Assembly (NCBI GenBank): GCA_963816365.1
Contig: CAWFKG010000018.1
Span: forward strand, 24,950-88,949
DNA: 64,000 bases
Origin: an uncultured Bacteroidales bacterium
Lineage (GTDB): Bacteria; Bacteroidota; Bacteroidia; Bacteroidales; VadinHA17
Reading direction: 5' to 3'
In this document: piece after piece, positions 20,658 through 31,106 of the stretch
How positions within the stretch are numbered: the first letter of the stretch is position 1
Layout: the number at the start of each line of letters is the position of its first letter
Notes under the pieces: generated by a model
What the model saw: the letters and a program-made list of their open reading frames with translations, nothing else
Database searches by the model: none
What the model was told of the DNA's origin: nothing
Position numbers and translations under genes: made by a program

Positions 20658-21531
20658 CTATGAAGTTGCAGGTTCAGTTTTTTCATCATCCTCAAAGAAT
20701 TCTTTGCGGTCTTTTTCCTTTTGTTTCATTACCCTGGCAGAAATAAAAATACTGACCTCATAAAGAATCAGAAGAGGAATTGCAACAAGTGTCTGTGAAA
20801 ATACATCAGGAGGAGTGATTATTGCAGCAATAATAAATATGACCACTATTGCATGTTTCCTGTATTTTCTCATGAATTTTGGTGTAATAATTCCGATCTT
20901 TGTGAGGAAGAAAGCTACTATCGGCAGTTCAAAAACCAGTCCTGTCGCCAGGCATATTGATGTCAGAGTACCAATATATGATCTGATATTAATCTGATTG
21001 ACAACCGATGGATCAATTTCATATGAACTCAGAAAATGTATTGAAAGAGGAGCAAGCATAAAATATCCGAAAAGAACTCCTACAAAAAACAGTCCTGAAG
21101 CAGCAAAAACTGCACCTTTTGCATATCTTGCTTCATTTGGTTTGAGGGCCGGTTTGAAGAACTGCCAGAACTCCCAGAGTATAACAGGAAATGCAAGTAT
21201 CAGACCGGCAACCATTGCAGCAGTAATGTGGGTTGTAATCTGCCCCGACATTTTTATGCTTATAAGATTCAATGGTTTTGTGTTAATACATAAAGCAGGA
21301 GTATTAAGATATTCACCAAGCTGGCAAAGCAACCGGTTTGTAATAAATTCAGGACTTTTGGGGCCAAGGATGATCGTATCGAAAAGAAAGTTTTTAAATA
21401 TAAATGCTATAATCATAAAGACTACTATTGCCAAAATCGACCGGATAATGTGCCATCTTAATTCCTCGAGATGCTGCAAGGAATGACATTTCTTTTTCTC
21501 CATTCTTCCCTTTTTTCCCAAATATTGCCAT
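20658..21531 (-). CDS. tatC: Twin-arginine translocase subunit TatC; one frame break near 21475; start uncertain (21531 or 21489)
   Basis: The 287-aa ORF has the TatC six-TM layout. ...EKEMSFL in one frame continues as QHLEELRWHIIRS in the main frame (one extra nucleotide). Confidence 0.85.
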
Positions 21532-21898
21532 TGAACACTTGATATTAAATTGTTTAAAATTCAGCCTGTAAAGATGATAAATCTTCTTTTGCAAAACAAT
21601 ATTAATCTTTTAGTGTTATGAAGATAGAAACCTGTGCGAAATCTGATTGGAATTCTGATTGTTAAATATTCAGATAATCAAGCTTATTAATCATCATAAC
21701 ATTCAGGATATGATTAATGCATTCATTTAATTAAGAGGAAAATGATTATTACAGATAATTACTGATTATTTAACACATTATCATTTTTGTTAATTAATTC
21801 TTAAAAATATTATTTGATATAGGAAATTTATTAACTTTATGTAAACTGTAAAATCAAAGTTCTTTACAGTTTACTAATATTATCATTTTGGGAAGATT

Positions 21899-24086
21899 AT
21901 GTTGAATGATTCTACTATACATGATTACTTAAAAAAGTATTTTGGATTTGATACTTTTAAGGGTAATCAGGAACCTATAATAAGAAATGTTCTGGCAGGG
22001 CAGGGATACTTTTGTACTAATGCCTACCGGAGGCGGTAAATCGCTTTGTTACCAGTTGCCTGCTGTTATGAAAAAGGGAATTGCAATTGTAATTTCTCCT
22101 CTTATAGCCCTGATGAAGAACCAGGTTGATGCGATGAGAAACTTCAGTACCGATGATGATGTTGCTCATTTTCTGAATTCATCACTTACCAAAACTGAAA
22201 TAGCCAGGGTAAAAAAAGATGTACTGTCGGGAAAGGCAAAACTTCTTTATGTTGCTCCTGAATCACTTACAAAAGAGGAGAATATTGAATTTCTTAAAAA
22301 TATAGATATTTCATTTTATGCGATTGATGAAGCACATTGTATTTCGGAATGGGGACATGATTTCAGACCTGAATACAGACGGATAAGACCGATAATTGAC
22401 ACGATAGGCAGATCGCCTATTATTGCACTTACAGCAACTGCCACTCCAAAAGTTCAGCACGATATTCAGAAAAACCTTAGTATCCTCGATGCAGATGTAT
22501 TTAAATCCTCCTTTAACAGGCCAAACCTCTATTATGAGGTAAAATCGAAGCAGGATGTAACAAAGGAGATAATTAAATATATAAAGAACAATTCAGGGAA
22601 ATCAGGAATAATCTATTGTCTCAGCCGTAAGAAAGTTGAGGAGATGGCTGAAGTCCTGAAGGTAAACGGGATTAAGGCGCTTCCTTACCATGCCGGTATG
22701 GATTCTGCAACACGCACAATGAACCAGGATAAATTCCTGATGGAGGAAGCTGATATTATTGTTGCAACAATTGCCTTTGGAATGGGGATTGATAAACCTG
22801 ATGTCAGGTTCGTAATTCATTACGATATACCTAAAAGCCTTGAAGGATATTACCAGGAGACCGGACGGGCCGGACGCGACGGAGGTGAAGGAAACTGCAT
22901 TGCTTATTACAGCTACAATGATATTCTGAAACTTGAGAAATTCATGCAGGGGAAACCGATTGCAGAACAGGAGATCGGGAAACAACTTCTTCTTGAAACA
23001 GTTTCATATGCTGAATCATCTGTTTGCAGACAGGAAGCTTCTTGCTTCATTATTTTGGAGAAGAATATCTGAAGGAAAACTGTGAAGCATGCGATAACTG
23101 TCTGCATCCAAAAGCACAGTTTGAAGGTAATGAGGCTGTTGTAAGTGTTCTTGAGACTATTCTGGCCGTTAAAGGAGAAATTTAAGGCCGATCATATCGC
23201 AAATATCCTTTCAGGGAAAGTTACCTCGGCAATAAAATCCTATAAACATCATAAACTGGAATTCTTCGGAATAGGGGAAGATAAGGATGAGAAATTCTGG
23301 AATATGGTTATCAGGCAGGCTCTCATTGCCAAATTTCTTACCAAGGATATTGAGAATTACGGTCTTCTGAAACTGACTCCGAAAGGAATGGAGTTTCTCG
23401 AAAATCCTACTTCATTCATGCTCGCAGAGGATCACGACTATGCTGATACAACTGATGAGGAAAATGCTTTCGGTGCAAGAACAGCAGCAGTTGATGAGGA
23501 ATTGTTCAGCATTCTGAAGGATCTTCGTAAAAAACTTTCAAAACATAAAGGATGTTCCGCCGTTTGTGATTTTTCAGGATCCCTCTCTTGAGGATATGGC
23601 AATCCAGTACCCTATAACAATTGATGAACTTCAGAATATATCAGGTGTGGGAGCAGGAAAGGCTCAGCGTTACGGAGCAGGAATTTATTGAGATTATCAA
23701 AAAATATGTTGAGGAAAAAGAGATTATCAGACCTCTCGATATGGTCGTCAAATCGGTTGTAAATAAATCAGGAATTAAAGTCTATATCATCCAGAGTATC
23801 GATATGAAACGACCTCTTGAGGATATTGCTGAAGCAAAAGGACTGGAGATGGCAGAACTTATTTCGGAAATTGAAGCAATTGTTAATTCGGGAACCAGGA
23901 TAAACCTCGATTATTATATCAATATCGACAATTGACGAGGAACGTCAGCACGATATTTATTCATATTTCAGGGAAGAAGCTGAATCTGATTCACTTGAAG
24001 ATGCTATCAAAGAACTTGGGAACGAATTTGAAGAAGAAGAAATAAGGCTTGTAAGGATTAAGTTTCTTTCAGAAATGGGAAACTAA
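21899..24086 (+). CDS. recQ: ATP-dependent DNA helicase RecQ; frame broken at least 5 times
   Basis: MLNDSTIHDYLKKYFGFDTFKGNQEPII at 21899. ORF 21987..23072 carries TGGGKSLCYQLPA, DEAHCISEWGHDFRPEY, ALTATAT and IAFGMGIDKPDVRFVIHYD.PKS.E.YYQE.GRAGRDG. Later fragments contain RQC and HRDC parts (...LQNISGVGAGKAQRYG). The stop is at 24084-24086. Confidence 0.9.
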
Positions 24087-24092
24087 ATGATT

Positions 24093-24153
24093 GCGGATTT
24101 CGGATCTGTGATTTCGGATTTCGGATTGCGGATTCGATCGGATTTCGGATTTC
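24093..24153. repeat. Degenerate short tandem repeat (GGATTTCG-type) between convergent recQ and the GT2 gene
   Basis: GCGGATTTCGGATCTGTGATTTCGGATTTCGGATTGCGGATTCGATCGGATTTCGGATTTCC. Confidence 0.7.
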
Positions 24154-24163
24154 CTCCTGAATA

Positions 24164-25243
24164 TCAGAGAGTAAAATAATACCCAGAAAGACATAAAAAG
24201 GATATATTAGCTGAGCAGGCAGAAACCATCTCATCAGTGGTCTTTATTGTATCTCTTAAGTGGTATTTTTCAGGATCAGAAAATCGGGCAGAGATTTCAG
24301 GACAAATACTGTAAGGAAAACAAACGCAAACCCGAGGGAAAATGAACATAGATACAAAATAAAAGATCTGTAGAAGTACTGCAACAAATACTGACAGTGC
24401 CAGAAATATGGTAAACAAGTCAGTGTAATCAGTGCTTTTTGAAATCCACCTGCTTCTCTGCTTCAGAAATGACCCGAGAGATGACGAGCCCTTGTTGTTA
24501 CCAGTGCATCAGGCGATTCGAGCCACAATATTTTTGAATTCTTTTCTTTTTTCAGACTGTGCAGAAGAAAATATCATCACCGGAACTTATTTCATCATGA
24601 AGATTATCTGAATGATTAAGATATTTTCCTTTTGAAAAAGCAAGGTTTGCACCATTACACATGGTCCCATCTCCAGAGACAAGCAGATCCGGCAGTAATT
24701 CCCTGCAGGCTCAAAACTCAAGCTCCTGGAAATTTCCGAAAAATCCTGCGGACGGCTTTTATCTGAACGGGACAGATAATCATATCAGGTCTGTTTATTT
24801 CATAAAATGCAGCAATTGTTCTGATCCAGCTCTTCCCCATTGTGCAATCAGCATCAGTTGTGATAATTAATTCAGCCTTTGCAGCCGATATTCCTGTTCT
24901 CAGAGCCTGTTTTTTCCCATTCCCGTTATTTAATATCAGGACATTGCCAGATACAGTAAATTCTGATGCGATATTCAAAGGTTTTGTCTGTTGAATTATC
25001 ATCAACAATTATAACCTCAAATAAATTTCCGGGATAATTCTGAGCTCCAATGCTTTCCATGACAGAAGGGAGATTTTTTTCCTCATTGCGGCAGGCAATA
25101 ACCACGGATACAAAAGTTTGCGGTTCTGCAGTGAGGCTGAAGGTCCTGATTTTGAGCAGACTTCTGTAATTTCTTAGAATGAGAATAAGGTAAGGAAGAA
25201 TCAGTATAACCGGCAGCCAGTACATAATTATTCCTTCATCCAT
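24164..25243 (-). CDS. Family 2 glycosyltransferase (membrane-anchored); frame broken at least 3 times
   Basis: The N-terminal TM segment is followed by VSVVIACRNEEKNLP...IIVDDNSTDKT (24926..25243), ...GKKQAL..GI..A..ELIITTDADC (24718..25008), and a hydrophobic C-terminal fragment (24164..24418). Confidence 0.72.
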
Positions 25244-25678
25244 TCATACATTTTATAATGCTGACTCTTCATTCCAAGAGCCTCATAAGTTTGCTGAGCT
25301 CTTGAATTATTTGTTTCCACATAAAGCCGGAGTCCGCCAATCCCATCCTTTTCAGCTTCATTTTTGATATGCTGATACATCGACCTGAAGATACCGGTTC
25401 TCCTGAATTCAGGACAAAACATAAACAGACTGAAACCACCATACATTGCAGTTTCTCCAGTCGCTCCATTCATAGGTAATAAGCAGTGATGCTACAACTT
25501 TGCCTTCATCTTCTGCAACCCAGTACTGTCCGCGGGAAGGATCAGTAAACACTGCATTTACACCTTTACTGATAATTTCAGGGTCAAGCTTCATCTGTTC
25601 TGTTTCCCAGGCCATTTTCTGCTGGAAATCAATGATTACTGCTGCATCTTCGGGTGTTGCTTTTCGGATTGTTATCAT
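25228..25678 (-). CDS. GNAT family N-acetyltransferase; one frame break near 25440
   Basis: MITIRKATPEDAAVIIDF... plus ...FCPEFRRTGIFRSMYQHIKNEAEKDGIGGLRLYVETNNSRAQQTYEALGM (acetyl-CoA-binding R/Q-x-x-G-x-G/A type segment). Confidence 0.75.
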
Positions 25679-25765
25679 ATTATCTGGTCGTTTTGTGGTG
25701 AATATGCTTCAGCCTGAATTATGCAAGGTACTATCTTCTATTTTTCCTCTCCCCAACCTCTTCCC

Positions 25766-25823
25766 CAGGTGGGAGGGGCTAATACATTTTCCCAACACGC
25801 CCTCAGGTGGGAGGGGCTAATAC
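25766..25823. repeat. Perfect 20-nt direct repeat CAGGTGGGAGGGGCTAATAC x2 in a G/C-word-rich spacer
   Basis: The copies lie at 25766-25785 and 25804-25823, between the GNAT start and the carB stop. The surrounding sequence is rich in CCCC/GGGG words. Confidence 0.8.
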
Positions 25824-25860
25824 CCCTGGGAGATGGGGTCAGGGGATGAGGTAACCATCT

Positions 25861-28800
25861 TTATTTATACTCATCCCAGCTCTTTATTGCCAGATCGTCA
25901 ATGCTCATTTTGCAGAATGCCAGAATAAATGCACTTGCAAGACGTGCATTTGTTATGAGAGGAACATTATAATCAACAGCACTTCTTCTTATTGTATAAT
26001 CGTTATTTAGTTCTTTATCGCTGAGATCTTTTGGGATATTTACGACAAGATCCACCTCACGCGATTTTATAAGCTCAATCGTATTTGGTGATTTATTCTC
26101 ATCAGGCCAGTATGCCACATGTGCTTCAACTCCGGCATTTTTCAGGAATTGTTGTGTTCCTCTTGTTGCATAAAGCTTATGTCCTTTTTCACGGAGTGCC
26201 CTGGCACTGTTCAGGAGTTCGACTTTTGATCTGGCAGGACCGGTTGAAAGCAGAATACTCTTTTTCGGTACCCTGTACCCAACAGAAAACATTGCCTTGA
26301 GAATTGCTTCATAAAAACCTTCACCGATACAACCAACTTCACCTGTTGATGACATATCAACTCCAAGAACAGGATCGGCTTTGGCAAGACGTGAAAAGCT
26401 GAACTGAGGCGCTTTTACCCCAACATAATCGAGTTCAAAGACTGTTTTCCCAGGCTTTTCTGCAGGCACTCCCAGCATTACTTTTGTTGCAAGTTCTATC
26501 AGGTTGGTTTTCAGAACCTTTGAGACAAAGGGCATACTTCGGCTCGCTCGAAGATTGCATTCAATTACTTTTATATCATTGTCTTTTGCAAGGAACTGGA
26601 TGTTAAATGGTCCTGAAATATTCAGTTCTTTTGCAATCTGGCGCGAGATACGTTTTATTCTTCTTGCTGTTTCAAAATATATTTTCTGGGCAGGAAAAAC
26701 CATTGTTGCATCACCGGAATGCACTCCTGCAAACTCAACATGTTCACTGATGGCATATGCTAACATTTCACCTTCCCGGGCAACTGCATCTATTTCTATT
26801 TCCTTGGCATTCTCAATAAACTCAGAAACAACAACCGGATATTGTTTTGATACCTGGGCAGCAAGTTTAAGGAAATGTGATAATTCATTCTTATTTGAAA
26901 CAACATTCATTGCTGCACCCGATAGAACATAGGATGGTCTGATCAGAACAGGGAATCCAATCCTGTCGACAAATTCAAAAATATCGTCTATCGTTGACAG
27001 TTCTTTCCATCGTGGCTGATCAACTTTCAGATTATCAAGCATTGCCGAAAATTTATGCCTGTTTTCTGCCCTGTCAATTGAGACAGGTGAGGTACCGAGC
27101 ACAGGCACTTTTTCTTTGTATAGCCTCATTGCCAGGTTATTCGGTATCTGACCTCCAACAGACACAATAACACCTCCGGGATTTTCAAGATCAATTATAT
27201 CAAGTACCCTTTCGAAAGTCAGCTCATCGAAATAAAGCCTGTCGCATATATCATAATCTGTACTGACTGTTTCAGGATTATAATTTATCATTATTGACCT
27301 GAATCCTTCTTTTTTTATTGTATCAATTGCATTTACAGAACACCAGTCAAATTCAACGCTTGAGCCGATCCTGTAAGCTCCTGATCCCAGGACAATTATT
27401 GATTTTTTATCGGATTCACATATTATGTCGTGTTCCGAACCGCTGTAAGTAAGGTACAGATAATTTGTAACAGCAGGATATTCAGCTGCCAGGGTATCTA
27501 TCTGTTTTATATATGGAACAATTCCTAGTGATTTCCGGTAGGTCCTTACTTTCATAAGGTCGTCATTGATCTTGTCTGATCCTGATTTTAAAACATGCCT
27601 GGCAATCTGAAAATCGCTGAATCCGTTGATCTTTGAATGCGCCAGCAGCTCTGCAGGGATTGATTCAAGTGATCGTATTTACAAAGTTCATCTTTAATGC
27701 TGATTATATTCCTGAGCTTAAACAGAAACCATTTATCAATTTTTGTGAGCTCATAGATTCTTTCAACAGACATTCCTTTTTCAAGTGCTTCAGCAATTGA
27801 AAAGATCCGCATATCAGTGGGTTCAGCCAGTTCTTTTTCAATATCTTCAAAGCCGAGATTCCGGTTTCCGGTAAAGCCATGCATGCCCTGTCCGATCATT
27901 CTCAATCCCTTCTGGATAACTTCCTCGAATGTCCGGCCAATTGCCATTACTTCACCGACACTCTTCATGCTGCTTCCGATCAGATGGGATACTCCTTCGA
28001 ATTTATTAAGATCCCACCGGGGAATTTTACATACTATATAATCAAGTGCAGGTTCGAAGCAGGCAGTCGTGTTTTTTGTGACGGAATTTTTTAGTTCATG
28101 CAAGCCATATCCCATTCCAAGTTTCGCGGCAATAAATGCCAGCGGATAACCTGTAGCCTTTGATGCAAGCGCACTTGACCTCGATAAACGTGCATTTACT
28201 TCAATTACCCTGTAGTCTTCAGAATCAGGAGCCAGAGCATACTGCACATTGCATTCTCCGACAATTCCAATATGCCGTATGATTCTTATTGAAAGTTCTC
28301 TCAGTTTATGATATTCACTGTTTGTCAGAGTCTGGGATGGTGCGACAACAATGCTTTCACCTGTATGAATTCCAAGAGGATCGAAATTCTCCATATTGCA
28401 TACAGTGATACAATTATCATATTTATCCCTTACAACCTCATATTCAACCTCTTTCCATCCCTTAAGCGATTCTTCAACAAGGATCTGATGTGAATATGAA
28501 AAAGCTTTTGATGCCAAGGTTCCCAGCTCACCGGCATTGTATGCAAAGCCGCTTCCCTGTCCGCCAAGGGTATAGGCAGCCCTTATAATAATGGGATATC
28601 CCAGTTTATCTGCGGCTTCAATTGCTTCATTGACTCCCGAAACAGCTATACTGCTTGGTGTTTTGACGTTGATCTGGTCGAGTTTTTTAACAAACAGCTC
28701 CCTGTCTTCGGTATCCATGATAGCCGTCACCGGTGTTCCAAGTACCTTCACATTATATTTTTCAAAGACACCTGATCTGTAAAGTTCTGTTCCGCAATTG

Positions 28801-29081
28801 AGTGCGGTCTGTCCACCAAATGATAGCAGAATGCCGTCAGGTTTTTCACGGGCAATGACCTTTTCAACAAAATATGGAGTTACCGGAAGGAAATAGATTT
28901 TGTCAGCCAGCTCCTCAGATGTCTGCACTGTGGCAATATTGGGATTTATCAGGACCGTACTGACATTTTCTTCTTTTAATGCTTTCAGGGCCTGAGAGCC
29001 GGAATAATCAAACTCACCAGCTTCACCAATTTTTAATGCTCCTGATCCAAGGATTAATACCTTCTGTACAACATCTTTCAT
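25861..29081 (-). CDS. carB: Carbamoyl-phosphate synthase large subunit; one frame break near 27670
   Basis: The N-half starts [31 protein letters not shown] (ATG at 29081). The C-half has [22 protein letters not shown] and a second ATP-grasp domain. The linker reads through as ...[30 protein letters not shown]... if one nucleotide is restored. Confidence 0.94.
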
Positions 29082-29126
29082 TATCCCGATTTGAGGTTCA
29101 AAAATAATATAATTTTTTAATAAGAC

Positions 29127-29179
29127 TTTGCAAATCTGAAAAAATGCATATATTTGCAAAATAAATGCATAAATATGCA
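29127..29179 (+). promoter_or_regulatory. argR promoter candidate (-33 TTTG 29127-30, -7 TATATTTG 29149-56) overlapped by two ARG-box-like palindromes
   Basis: TGCATATATTTGCA (29145-29158) and TGCATAAATATGCA (29166-29179, a perfect TGCATA-AA-TATGCA palindrome). Their starts are 21 bp apart. The second covers the argR ATG (29175). The region is the divergent carB/argR spacer. Confidence 0.5.
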
Positions 29180-29663
29180 AAAGACTAAAAGGCTTCTGGC
29201 AATAGAAAAAATAATTACCGAAGAGAATATTTCGGTTCAGGAAGAATTGCTCAGAAAATTGAAAGGAAAAGGGATAAGCTGTACACAGGCTACGCTATCC
29301 CGCAATTTAAGGCAATTGGGAGTAGGCAGGGTCCCGGACGGCAAAGGAGGATACAGGTATTCCTTATCAGAAAATATAAGGAATTCTGAGAAAATATCGC
29401 CAAGGCTCAATATTGTTCCGGTCATACAGGATATAGTTGAAGCAAAGGGACTTATTGTCATAAAAACTATTCCGGGAAATGCCAGCAATACGGCATTTTT
29501 TATAGATGGCTCATCAAGGTATGAAATAGCAGGTACAATTGCCGGCGATGATACAATTCTGGTAATTCCGAGAGACGGAGTCTCTACCCAGCAGGTTCAT
29601 ACCTGTCTGGAAATCATTCTCCCGGGAATACATGAACAGGTGAAGAAGGATCACAAAGGTTAA
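29175..29663 (+). CDS. argR: Arginine repressor ArgR
   Basis: [50 protein letters not shown] (winged-helix N-domain), then the C-terminal [12 protein letters not shown] oligomerisation/arginine-binding motif. Confidence 0.9.
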   Translation: MQKTKRLLAIEKIITEENISVQEELLRKLKGKGISCTQATLSRNLRQLGVGRVPDGKGGYRYSLSENIRNSEKISPRLNIVPVIQDIVEAKGLIVIKTIPGNASNTAFFIDGSSRYEIAGTIAGDDTILVIPRDGVSTQQVHTCLEIILPGIHEQVKKDHKG

Positions 29664-29733
29664 CTCAAAGTAACACAAAGGGAAAGCAGAAAGATAAATG
29701 TAGACAAAATTAATTTTCAAATAATAAAGTTAG

Positions 29734-30969
29734 ATGATGAAAGAAAAAGTTGTTCTCGCGTATAGCGGCGGTTTGGATACTTCGGTGATACTTAAATGGT
29801 TAATTGAAAAAAATTATGAAGTGATTGCTTTTGTGGCAGATGTCGGGCAGGCAGAAAATTTTGAAGAGTGCAGAAAGAAAGCATTGCTGCTGGGCGCATC
29901 AAAGGTGATAATTGCTGATCTGAAAAGGGAATTTATTGACGGTTATGTTCTTAAAGCAATTATGGCAAATGCAATATATGAAGACAGGTACCTGCTTGGA
30001 ACTGCTCTTGCAAGGCCCCTGATTGCAAAAAAGCAGATAGAGGTGGCAAAGGCTGAGGGAGCAACTGCAGTGGCACACGGTGCAACCGGGAAAGGTAACG
30101 ATCAGGTCAGGTTTGAATTATGCTACTATGCTTTGATGCCAGGCGTTAAGGTTATCTCTCCATGGAAGGATAAAGAGTTCCTTTCGACATTTAAAGGAAG
30201 GACAGATCTTTTAAAGTATGCTTCGGAAAAGAAGATACCTGTAAAGGCAAGTATAGATAAACCATACAGCGAGGATGATAACCTGATGCATATAAGTCAT
30301 GAAGCAGGGGTCCTCGAGGATCCTATGTATACACTGCATAAAAGCATGCTTGAAAAGATGGTTATGCCACAGGATGCTCCCGATAAAGAGACACGGATAG
30401 TAATTCATTTCAAAAACGGGATACCGGTAAAACTTGTAAATAAAGAGGATGGAACTGTTAAAGAAGATTCTTATGATATGTATGTATATCTGAATGAAAT
30501 TGCGGGTAAAAATGGTATCGGGCTTCTCGATATGGTAGAAAACAGATTCGTCGGCATCAAATCGAGAGGAGTTTATGAGACACCGGCTGCAACAGTTTTG
30601 CATATAGCTCACAAGGATATTGAGGGAATAGCCATGGACAGGGAGGTAATGAGGCTTGTAAATATGCTTACTCCTAAATTTGCCGAAATCATTTATAACG
30701 GCTTCTGGTTCAGTCCTGAAATGGATTTTCTTATGGCAGCTATTGAAAAGAGTCAGGAACTTATTGATGGGAGTGTGCATCTCTGCCTTTATAAAGGCAA
30801 TGTACTGATTGAAGGCCGTGAATCACCATCATCTCTTTATGATAAGAAGCTCTCGAGTATGGATATTGAGGGTGGATTTGATCAGACTGACAGCAAGGGA
30901 TTTATAAGGATTAATGCAATAAGACTCATGGCTCACAGGGCTATAATTGAAGCCAGTCAGAAAAAGTAG
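29734..30969 (+). CDS. argG: Argininosuccinate synthase
   Basis: Intact 411-aa ORF: [43 protein letters not shown]. Confidence 0.96.
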   Translation: MMKEKVVLAYSGGLDTSVILKWLIEKNYEVIAFVADVGQAENFEECRKKALLLGASKVIIADLKREFIDGYVLKAIMANAIYEDRYLLGTALARPLIAKKQIEVAKAEGATAVAHGATGKGNDQVRFELCYYALMPGVKVISPWKDKEFLSTFKGRTDLLKYASEKKIPVKASIDKPYSEDDNLMHISHEAGVLEDPMYTLHKSMLEKMVMPQDAPDKETRIVIHFKNGIPVKLVNKEDGTVKEDSYDMYVYLNEIAGKNGIGLLDMVENRFVGIKSRGVYETPAATVLHIAHKDIEGIAMDREVMRLVNMLTPKFAEIIYNGFWFSPEMDFLMAAIEKSQELIDGSVHLCLYKGNVLIEGRESPSSLYDKKLSSMDIEGGFDQTDSKGFIRINAIRLMAHRAIIEASQKK

Positions 30970-30977
30970 AAATTTAA

Positions 30978-31071
30978 CCGCAGAGTACGCAAAGTAGGCG
31001 CAAAGAACGCAAAGTTTGATAAACTGTGTTTTTCTTTGCGAACTTTGCGCAAACCTTTGCGACCTTTGCGG
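30978..31071. repeat. Long imperfect inverted repeat built from CGCAAAG / CTTTGCG words (arms ~37 nt, loop 19 nt) between argG and argH
   Basis: The left arm CCGCAGAGTACGCAAAGTAGGCGCAAAGAACGCAAAG (30978-31014) pairs with the right arm CTTTGCGAACTTTGCGCAAACCTTTGCGACCTTTGCGG (31034-31071). Confidence 0.85.
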
Positions 31072-31106
31072 TTTATGGATTTTTCATTATAATTAAAAAC
31101 ATCAGT

